A DNA stretch of 64,000 nucleotides from an uncultured candidatus Porisulfidus sp. (GTDB taxonomy: Bacteria; Pseudomonadota; Gammaproteobacteria; Poriferisulfidales; Oxydemutatoraceae), in the NCBI GenBank assembly GCA_965215125.1, contig OZ244052.1:1280001-1344000 (forward strand), read 5' to 3'. Positions 41,428-49,090 of this stretch are shown one piece after another (positions within the stretch are counted from its first letter, which is position 1; every line of letters starts with the position of its first letter). The notes beneath the pieces are model-generated. The model did no database searches and was not told where the DNA came from. It worked only from the letters and a program-made list of their open reading frames with translations. The position numbers were made by a program, and so were the translations under genes.

Positions 41428-41556
41428 GTTTTTCCGCTTGCTTTAATTTTGCGTTTATAATTTTTGAGTAGGTTTTTACCGTTTCATGTTTCTTGCATCA
41501 CCGAAGAAAATTTTATTTTCGAAAGTATCTAATGTGTTTCTTTTAGAGGCTGGCAT
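41411..41556 (-). pseudogene. Internally deleted second methyltransferase (M2-like) relic
   Basis: MPASKRNTLDTFENKIFFGDARNMK is fused out of frame to ETVKTYSKIINAKLKQAEKHGELK*. These look like MTase N- and C-termini. Confidence 0.6.
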
Positions 41557-41607
41557 AAAGCGATTATAGCACCTGCCGGACACCCCAATTTACATGATTT
41601 TGCAGAT

Positions 41608-43287
41608 TTAGGTATATAGCTCCCAATAATAAACCAACAGCAACACCGAAAGCACGATGCCCATGACGATTATCAGTGTGGTGGTGGATACATCTCGTCC
41701 GTATGCATGGAGGTATTTCCCGCCTCTCTCCAGCGTGTATAGTCCTTGCTCGTGGATACGGCAATATAGTTTTTCTATACGCAAATACGGTGGTTTGAGA
41801 TAATGCCATAGGCATGTCGGCAGACGACGATACAGCCAATCAAGGTCTAGGGTGATGGTTTGTGTTCGTTTGAGCAACGGCAACATTAAGAAGAAGCCGA
41901 TTACGGCGAACAGTAATAGCTGGGATTGCGACACGACACGGACAAAGGTATACGGCTGATAGTCGACAGGGTAAGGGAGTAGTTGGTAGAACAGGTGAGG
42001 AAATATACCCACACCGATACACAGCACCGAGAAAAAAACCATTGCCGCTTTCATGTTGGTCGGCACTGCAATAACCGAATGAGGTTGTGGCTTGTTTTGA
42101 AAAAAAACGAACCATGGAAACATAATGCCGGCGTGCATAATCCCGGCCGAGGCAATCAGCAAGGCACTCCAAACCCAAGTCATTCCCGCTTCGAGCGCAG
42201 CGTCGCCGACCAGTGATTTTATAACGAAACCCGAAGTCAAAGGTACTGCCGAAATAGAGACCGCACCGATTAGCCCGCAGATCATCGTCAAACGCATGAC
42301 CCGATGCAGTCCGCCGAGATTGGAGCATTTTCTTTGTCCGGTTGCGTATAACACGCTACCTGCCGACATAAACAATAAAGCCTTATAGAGGATATGCACC
42401 GAGGCATGGGCAGCTGCGCCGTTGATTGCCATCTCGCTACCGATACCGGCACCTGCGACCATAAAGCCGACCTGATTGACGATACTATATGCAAGGATCC
42501 TGCGCATATCGTTTTCCAATAGTGCGTAGATGATGCCGTAGAAAATCATATACAATCCGATCGGAATCAAAATCGTCGTTCCGGCGAATACGACCAGCAA
42601 GGCGAAGACTGCCGATTTCGTCGTAAACGCCGATAGAAAGACACTACCGCTGATACTTCCTTCGGGATAGGCATCTGCAACCCAAGCCGACAGCGGTGGT
42701 GCGCCGGCGTTGATTAGGAAACCTATGAGTATCAACCACTCGTAAATGGACGATAAACCGAGCAAACGCAAACCGGCATCGCCGCTGTGTTCGATCAAAC
42801 CGACGATACCCCACAGTAAGAGCATGCCGGAAAATAAATGTATCAGGGCATAACGCATCGCCGCATTAAAAGAGGTCGCCGTACCGGTTGAGAACAGAAT
42901 CCAAGTTGAACCTATTGCCATAAGCTCCCAGAATATAAAGAATGTGATGAAGTCCCCGCAAAACACCAAGCCGATTGAGCTACCTGCGTACAGCTGTGCG
43001 GCGGATAATTCGGTGCGAGACGCTTGTTTCAATGCGAACCATAAGCCGCCTAAAGCCATCACTGCGAAGGTCGTTGCAAAGAGCAATCCCAAGCTACTTT
43101 TTTGGACGAGGATCAATTCATATCCCATCAACTCGACGACCACCGAGTCCTCGCCCAGCCATATCATTGCCAGACACAGCAGCGGTAGCAACAACAAAAT
43201 AATCCTGCTGCGCCCTCTTAAATAGTAGGCGAGAACGGCACCGCCGAACAAGATCAGCCCCGGCGACATTAACCAATCAACGCTCAT
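41608..43287 (-). CDS. Mrp/Mnh antiporter subunit, D/A-like
   Basis: FWELMA, WVADAYPE, FTTKSA and LAYSIVNQVGF motifs. Confidence 0.9.
   Translation of the reverse strand: MSVDWLMSPGLILFGGAVLAYYLRGRSRIILLLLPLLCLAMIWLGEDSVVVELMGYELILVQKSSLGLLFATTFAVMALGGLWFALKQASRTELSAAQLYAGSSIGLVFCGDFITFFIFWELMAIGSTWILFSTGTATSFNAAMRYALIHLFSGMLLLWGIVGLIEHSGDAGLRLLGLSSIYEWLILIGFLINAGAPPLSAWVADAYPEGSISGSVFLSAFTTKSAVFALLVVFAGTTILIPIGLYMIFYGIIYALLENDMRRILAYSIVNQVGFMVAGAGIGSEMAINGAAAHASVHILYKALLFMSAGSVLYATGQRKCSNLGGLHRVMRLTMICGLIGAVSISAVPLTSGFVIKSLVGDAALEAGMTWVWSALLIASAGIMHAGIMFPWFVFFQNKPQPHSVIAVPTNMKAAMVFFSVLCIGVGIFPHLFYQLLPYPVDYQPYTFVRVVSQSQLLLFAVIGFFLMLPLLKRTQTITLDLDWLYRRLPTCLWHYLKPPYLRIEKLYCRIHEQGLYTLERGGKYLHAYGRDVSTTTLIIVMGIVLSVLLLVYYWELYT
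41625..41704. repeat. 80-bp perfect direct repeat within the 3' end of the antiporter gene
   Basis: Identical to 37879-37958. Confidence 0.95.
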
Positions 43288-43495
43288 AATGATTATCCTT
43301 TCGCTTTATTATTTTCCCGAGCATTAAGGCGGTTACGATTAATCCGATGCAAGCCAAAAAGCCGACCCCGGCATAAAACCCGGTTATTTGAGTGGCGTGT
43401 TCACCGAGCTGGAATTCCAACAGCAGTAGTAATCCGGCAAACAGCAATAAAATAGAGAGCAACCGACGCACGCTACGCGACCAATGTTCTTTCAT
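43277..43495 (-). CDS. Small membrane protein of the Mrp cluster
   Basis: Two TM segments with GFYAGVGF..KRKDNHYE. Overlaps both neighbours. Confidence 0.7.
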   Translation of the reverse strand: MKEHWSRSVRRLLSILLLFAGLLLLLEFQLGEHATQITGFYAGVGFLACIGLIVTALMLGKIIKRKDNHYER

Positions 43496-44940
43496 AATAT
43501 GTTCCCGACTAAAGAGATAATGTTCCGGTTATAAAAGAATAGCAGTACGCAAATCAACACCGGAACAAGCATCGCAAATCGCATCACCAGCGGTGCCTCG
43601 CTGCCGCTTAGATTAACTCTAGACCTGAAAAATGCCCGATGAATAATCGGCAATAAGTAGGCGGCACTTAAAACACTACCGACGACGAAAACACCGATTG
43701 CGACATAGGTGTCGGAGGCAACGGCACCTTCCAATAAGAACCATTTACTGGTCAATCCTATCAGCGGCGGCATCCCGATAATGGAGAGGGCTGCCACCGT
43801 GAACAATCCCATCGTCCACGGCATCGTGCGCCCGATACCGTCGAGTTCTCGCACCTGACTATAACCGTTCGCCGTGTAAATCGCACCGGCACCGAAAAAC
43901 AAGGTGATTTTGGCAAAACCGTGGGCGACCAGATGTAGCGTGGCACCCAACAACGCAATAGGATGCAATATCGCAATGCCCAAAACGATATAAGAGAGCT
44001 GGCTGATCGTCGAGTAGGCCAACAGTTTCTTTAACTGCGCTTGCCGCATCGCAATAACCGATGCCGCCAAGACGGTGAAGCCGGCAAGATAAACAAACCA
44101 GTCGGCTCCTACCGCTGTTAGGGTATCTATCCCGAATGTATACACCACGAGTTTCATAATCGTAAATACACCCGCTTTGACGACTGCGACGGCATGGAGC
44201 AGAGCACTGACCGGCACCGGTGCCACCATCGCACTCGGCAACCAGCGATGCAACGGCATAATCGCAGCTTTAGACGCGCCCAAGACAACCAAAAGTAACA
44301 ACACGGTAATCTCCAAGTCGCTCGCATTACCTTGCATAATACCGCCTTTCTCAAAATCCAAGGTGCCGGTGTTGAAGCCGATCCAAATAATAGCGATTAG
44401 TAGAAATAGCGATGTGCCGACCAATGTCAGCAAATAAAGCCACCCGGCTTTTAGGGCTTCGGCACTACGGCTATGGACAACCAACGGGTAGGTACTGAAA
44501 CTCAATATCTCGTAGAATATAAAGAGCGTGAGTAAATTGTCGGCAAACGCAATGCCCAAGGCACTGCCTATCGCAAGGCTATAACACGCAAAGAAGTGCG
44601 TGGTACGTTTCAGCTTATTCCCGTACATATAGCTCATTGCGTACAGCGAACTCACCGGCCACAGTATGCAAACCAATCCGGCAAATATCAACCCCAAGGG
44701 TTCTGCCGAAAAAGCGATGCCGATATTACCGACGATATCCAACAACACAACATTTGAATCGATCATCGGCGTATAGTCCATTGCAAACAATATCAAAGCA
44801 AGCAAGGAAATAAACGGTGCGACGGTATTGATTGTATTGATCAGGTTTGGTTTTTTATAGCTCAATACAATCAACGCAGCTGCCGCAAACGGCACTGCAA
44901 GACACCACAACAAGGCTCCCGATGCCATTATTGCCTCCAC
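43492..44940 (-). CDS. Mrp/Mnh antiporter subunit D family
   Basis: FYEILS, PLHRWLPSAMVAPVPVSALLHAVAVVKAG and LAYSTISQL motifs. Confidence 0.92.
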   Translation of the reverse strand: MEAIMASGALLWCLAVPFAAAALIVLSYKKPNLINTINTVAPFISLLALILFAMDYTPMIDSNVVLLDIVGNIGIAFSAEPLGLIFAGLVCILWPVSSLYAMSYMYGNKLKRTTHFFACYSLAIGSALGIAFADNLLTLFIFYEILSFSTYPLVVHSRSAEALKAGWLYLLTLVGTSLFLLIAIIWIGFNTGTLDFEKGGIMQGNASDLEITVLLLLVVLGASKAAIMPLHRWLPSAMVAPVPVSALLHAVAVVKAGVFTIMKLVVYTFGIDTLTAVGADWFVYLAGFTVLAASVIAMRQAQLKKLLAYSTISQLSYIVLGIAILHPIALLGATLHLVAHGFAKITLFFGAGAIYTANGYSQVRELDGIGRTMPWTMGLFTVAALSIIGMPPLIGLTSKWFLLEGAVASDTYVAIGVFVVGSVLSAAYLLPIIHRAFFRSRVNLSGSEAPLVMRFAMLVPVLICVLLFFYNRNIISLVGNIL

Positions 44941-46388
44941 AGCTGATTACCGACCTGCAAGCAAATCTCGGTTAACCAAGTAGGCAGGATGCCGATATTG
45001 ATGATAATGAAAACCAGCGCATAGACGGCAATGTTCATGCTAAGCGGAGCCTCTTCGACGGCAACCGACGGCCCTTTTTCAAAATAAGCGGCTTCTATCA
45101 AACGCCAGACATAAACCAAGCCGAGCAAAGAACCTATCAGCACTACGATCACGATATGCCAAGCATCCGCCTCCAGAGCGGCAGCGATTAAATACCACTT
45201 GCTTATGAAGCCCGAGGTCAACGGGATGCCGATGAGTCCCAAACCGCCGATCACCAATGCCGCAGTAGTCAGCGGCATTTGCTTGGATATGCCGCGCAGG
45301 TCGGTGATTGTGCAGTCTCCCATACGATACACCACACTGCCCAACGCTAAAAACAGCATGCACTTTATAATTGCATGATTAAACAAATGTATCAATGCCG
45401 CACCGAGTCCGGCGGCACTCAGCAGCCCCATCGCAACGACGATATAACCCAGTTGTGCGATGCTCGAATAAGCCATCATTCTTTTGAGATGCTCTTGCCG
45501 GCAAGCGACGAACGAACCGAATAAAATAGAAAGGCTACCCAAAAGCAATAGGATGTTGCCTAAGTGAGCCGAGAACGTAGAGCCGCCGAACACATCAAAA
45601 TAAAAGCGGATTAACAGATAAAGCGAAACCTTGCTACTTATTCCGGAAAATAGCGCACTGATCGGCGACGGTGTGTGAGTATAAACACGAGGTAACCATA
45701 AATGCAAAGGGAAGATAGCACTTTTGAACAATAAACCGATGCCGATAAAGGCCAATGCTGCCAGCCCCGCCTTTGTGTCCAGCAATGCCGGTATACGCGT
45801 CGATAGGTCGCTTAGGTTTAGTGTGCCGCTCAACACATACAAATAGCCGATGCCCAGCAATAAAAATACCGCGCCCAGAGTGCCCAGCAACAGATATTGA
45901 TAAGCCGCATTCAAGTCATTCGGTTTGCCTTTGGCGGCAGTCAACCCGTAGCTGGCGAGCGATGCCATTTCCAAAAAGACATAGATATTGAACAAATCGT
46001 CGGATACGACAACACCCATAAAGCCGGCTTGCACTATGAACAGCGCACTATAGACGGGATACCGATGCCGTTCTGCAAGTTCTACGGCAAAACTCTCGGG
46101 AATGTACAAAAATACCGCCAGAAAGACGATGCTTAATAAGAAAGCCACCAGTGCGTTGAGCGTATCAACCTGATAAGCGATACCGAAGGGCGGTACCCAG
46201 CCGCCTAAATAATAGGGCATTTTTTCCGTATTGGGGATGTATGCCAGCATCCAATCACACGCTGCGAACAACAGAATGCCGACGACTAAAGACAAAATGT
46301 AGAGATGTTTAGGGTTGCGCAGCAATAAGCATAGCGGGGCGCAAAGCAACGGCAATGCAACGATCAACACAGGGATGTATATCAGCAT
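44928..46388 (-). CDS. mnhD: Mrp/Mnh antiporter subunit D
   Basis: GGWVPPFGI, DLFNIYVFLE and FPLHLWLP motifs. Confidence 0.92.
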   Translation of the reverse strand: MLIYIPVLIVALPLLCAPLCLLLRNPKHLYILSLVVGILLFAACDWMLAYIPNTEKMPYYLGGWVPPFGIAYQVDTLNALVAFLLSIVFLAVFLYIPESFAVELAERHRYPVYSALFIVQAGFMGVVVSDDLFNIYVFLEMASLASYGLTAAKGKPNDLNAAYQYLLLGTLGAVFLLLGIGYLYVLSGTLNLSDLSTRIPALLDTKAGLAALAFIGIGLLFKSAIFPLHLWLPRVYTHTPSPISALFSGISSKVSLYLLIRFYFDVFGGSTFSAHLGNILLLLGSLSILFGSFVACRQEHLKRMMAYSSIAQLGYIVVAMGLLSAAGLGAALIHLFNHAIIKCMLFLALGSVVYRMGDCTITDLRGISKQMPLTTAALVIGGLGLIGIPLTSGFISKWYLIAAALEADAWHIVIVVLIGSLLGLVYVWRLIEAAYFEKGPSVAVEEAPLSMNIAVYALVFIIINIGILPTWLTEICLQVGNQLWRQ

Positions 46389-46408
46389 CGGGATTTAGTA
46401 AACGGCTC

Positions 46409-46774
46409 CTAATCGGAGGTGTAATTCTTTTCGGTCTCGGGTGATGCCGTTTGCGCCTCTGCCGAAGAAGATTTTTTTATTTTGATAATCAAGGCGAGCC
46501 CGACCGCAGTCATCGAAACATTGACAACGATTGCGGTGAGTATCAGCACATGGGGTAAGGGGTTTGCATAAATATCGTAGTAGGGAGACAATAGCGGTGC
46601 GGTACTACCGACGACCGTGCTTGCCGATATGAAAAAAATAAAAACGGAGGTTTGCAATATGCCGATGCCGATTAATTTTTTAATCAGATTATCGTAGGCT
46701 ATGGTGATATAAAGCCCGATTGCGAGGAGTGTTGCGATTAGCAAGTGCATATAAGGCTGAAAAGAAGCATCCAT
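46409..46774 (-). CDS. mnhC: Mrp/Mnh antiporter subunit C
   Basis: NLIKKLIG and NPLPHVLILTAIVV motifs. Confidence 0.95.
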   Translation of the reverse strand: MDASFQPYMHLLIATLLAIGLYITIAYDNLIKKLIGIGILQTSVFIFFISASTVVGSTAPLLSPYYDIYANPLPHVLILTAIVVNVSMTAVGLALIIKIKKSSSAEAQTASPETEKNYTSD

Positions 46775-46776
46775 AG

Positions 46777-47202
46777 CTATTTGTCGACCTCCTCCATCAA
46801 TAAGTAAAATATCAACATTACAACCCCGACTATGGTGATGCCGACCCCGAGTTCAATCAGTACGATACCTAGATGTTGTGCCGACAGCGGTTGCTCCAGT
46901 AGCACCGAATAGTCCAGGAACTGTCCACCCATCACCAAACCGGCAAAACCGACCAAAAGATAAAGGCTGAGCCCCAGGCTTGCCAATATCTGTGCGGTGC
47001 GTATAGAGATAACGCGCCGAGCTCTTTTCACCCCGTAGCTTAATGCGTAAAGCACCAAAGCGATTGCGAATATCACGCCGGCTTGAAAACCGCCACCCGG
47101 CCCGTATTCGCCGTGGAATTGCACATAAAGTGCGTAGAGCAATATCGTCGGCACCGAGGTATGTACGGTTTCCCGAATTATCGGATTTTTTCTAATGATC
47201 AT
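46777..47202 (-). CDS. mnhB: Mrp/Mnh antiporter subunit B
   Basis: HGEYGPGGGFQAG and ELGVG motifs. Confidence 0.95.
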   Translation of the reverse strand: MIIRKNPIIRETVHTSVPTILLYALYVQFHGEYGPGGGFQAGVIFAIALVLYALSYGVKRARRVISIRTAQILASLGLSLYLLVGFAGLVMGGQFLDYSVLLEQPLSAQHLGIVLIELGVGITIVGVVMLIFYLLMEEVDK

Positions 47203-47740
47203 CGCGTTTCCTGTTAACTACACGGCTACCCAATATAATCAATACACCGACACCGGCGGTGAAAATAACCGCGACCTCTCCCAGCGTATCCATGCCGCGA
47301 TAACTTGCCAATATGGAGGTCACCACATTCGGTATGCCGATATCGTGCATTGAATGTTCCAAATAATAGCGCGCGACATAAGCGTGCAGTGCCGCGTCTG
47401 CATCGCCCAATTCGGGTAAGTCGAGCATAGAGTAGTAGACCAAAGCACCGACGGCAAAAGACACGATGAGCGCAGGGATTTTCATCGCTACAACATAAAC
47501 CCGCTCCTCTCCTACGGCAGCGATTGCCTCTAAGAACAGTACGGTGCTGATACCGGCACCCACGGCAGCCTCGGTAAAAGCAACATCGGGCGCGTGTAAT
47601 ATCATATAAAGCGATGACGCCAGTAGACTCAAGATGCCGGCTAGGAAAGCGACCGAGAACAAATTTTTTGTGCGGGCAATAATAAAAGCGGTTAACACGA
47701 GTAGCAACAAGATCAACAAGAGGATATAGTCTTCTATCAT
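47192..47740 (-). CDS. Mrp subunit B-related (DUF4040 / MrpA C-terminal) protein
   Basis: APDVAFTEAAVGAG and NVVTSILASYRGMDTLGE motifs. Likely start is MIEDY. Confidence 0.9.
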   Translation of the reverse strand: MIEDYILLLILLLLVLTAFIIARTKNLFSVAFLAGILSLLASSLYMILHAPDVAFTEAAVGAGISTVLFLEAIAAVGEERVYVVAMKIPALIVSFAVGALVYYSMLDLPELGDADAALHAYVARYYLEHSMHDIGIPNVVTSILASYRGMDTLGEVAVIFTAGVGVLIILGSRVVNRKRDDH

Positions 47741-48018
47741 TCCGCTCTCCCGGATTGGTGGATATTGAACAGTGCATGTATTGCAACGGGAGAGGTGATC
47801 ACTAGGAACAATATGATCAAAGCGAGTTTCAGCGAGACTATAGACCAACCGTATTGTAATATCACCGCGATGATAATCAGCGATGCACCGAATACATCCA
47901 CGAGGCTTGCGGCGTGTGATCGGGTTTCAAAGTTCGGCATGCGCAACATACCGATGGCACCGATGACTACGAGTATGCCGCCGGCTACGGCAAAACCCCA
48001 ACTTAATATCTCAATCAT
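47737..48018 (-). CDS. mnhG: Mrp/Mnh antiporter subunit G
   Basis: GMLRMPNFETRSHAA and TSPVAIHAL motifs. Confidence 0.92.
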   Translation of the reverse strand: MIEILSWGFAVAGGILVVIGAIGMLRMPNFETRSHAASLVDVFGASLIIIAVILQYGWSIVSLKLALIILFLVITSPVAIHALFNIHQSGRAE

Positions 48019-48310
48019 CGGGTGCCTTCTCGTGTTCGGTTTTGGAGAACGATAGCCAATCCCGCCCTTTCTTATCGAACAGCCGCAACAAAGTAACGAT
48101 GCTTACAAAATTGACCAGTGCGTACAACAATGCGATATCTATGAAATAATCGCGTCCCGACAATCCGCCGATGACGACAATCAATAATATAGTGATCGTG
48201 CCGAAAGTATTGATTGCAAGCACTTGGTCGAATATCTGCTGGGCAAGGGTAGCGTGCAGTAGAACCAGCAACATCGCAAATAGCAACAAGCCCGCCATCA
48301 CCTCAATCAT
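48011..48310 (-). CDS. mnhF: Mrp/Mnh antiporter subunit F
   Basis: FDQVLAIN and DIALLYALVNF motifs. Confidence 0.9.
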   Translation of the reverse strand: MIEVMAGLLLFAMLLVLLHATLAQQIFDQVLAINTFGTITILLIVVIGGLSGRDYFIDIALLYALVNFVSIVTLLRLFDKKGRDWLSFSKTEHEKAPDD

Positions 48311-48785
48311 CGTGCTTTCCTTGTAGCCACCGTATTTTCTCCGTCATTTTGCCGTCGAGCAGATCACGGACATTCGCATCGCTTAACGCGTGTACATGTA
48401 TAAAGCCGTCTTCGATATCTGCACTAATCGTGCCGGGAGTAAGCGTGATGGAGTTTGCGTGTATTAGATGTAATAAGGGATGCTTACCGACGAGTTTTAC
48501 TTTTAGATATTGAGGCTTTATAGGTAGGCGTGGATGTATAATGCTATATGCGACTTGCAGATTGCTTAAAATTATTTGCCAAATTAGCCAAACGGCATAG
48601 ACGGGTAGCTTTAGATAGAGTGTCGGGCGATGTTCACCGGTACCTATGACGCGCATCCGCATCGATAAATAGATAACGAGTGCTACGCTTGCAATACCGA
48701 GTGCTATCGTTAATACACTATAGTATCCCGATAGTGTCAACCAAAAAATAAAGAGCAATATAGCAATTAGTAACTGTGCGCGCAT
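48303..48785 (-). CDS. mnhE: Mrp/Mnh antiporter subunit E
   Basis: FWLTLSG and ANSITLTPGT..HVHAL motifs. Confidence 0.95.
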   Translation of the reverse strand: MRAQLLIAILLFIFWLTLSGYYSVLTIALGIASVALVIYLSMRMRVIGTGEHRPTLYLKLPVYAVWLIWQIILSNLQVAYSIIHPRLPIKPQYLKVKLVGKHPLLHLIHANSITLTPGTISADIEDGFIHVHALSDANVRDLLDGKMTEKIRWLQGKHDD

Positions 48786-48996
48786 CGAATCTTTTAGTGT
48801 ATTATGGTTGATTTTCTATAATTAAGTTTATTCATTATCAACTAAGTATAAATTATTTACGGTAATCTTCTATATTTAAGTTTTGCACGATTGATAAATA
48901 TCGCAAACTATTATAGTCATAATATCTTCTACAACAGACGGTAGAAAAGGATTATATAAAATATACCGAACTACCTCCCCATTTCTAATTTATCTG

Positions 48997-49080
48997 CGTT
49001 AAAACGTGGTAGGCATAAGCGACGACTTTAGCCTATCGTGAGCAGATATTTCGTTGTCTGCTAAAATAACCGCTTTAACG
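48997..49080 (+). promoter_or_regulatory. Candidate structured cis-regulatory RNA in the ppc leader
   Basis: A three-stem junction is visible and ends 10 nt before the ppc ATG. Confidence 0.4.
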
Positions 49081-49090
49081 AGTTTCTATT

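Noticed and set aside
41608-48785. Mrp cluster with three D-like subunits as a novel complex
   Set aside because: The E-F-G-B'-B-C-D-D-x-D arrangement is a known Mrp variant.
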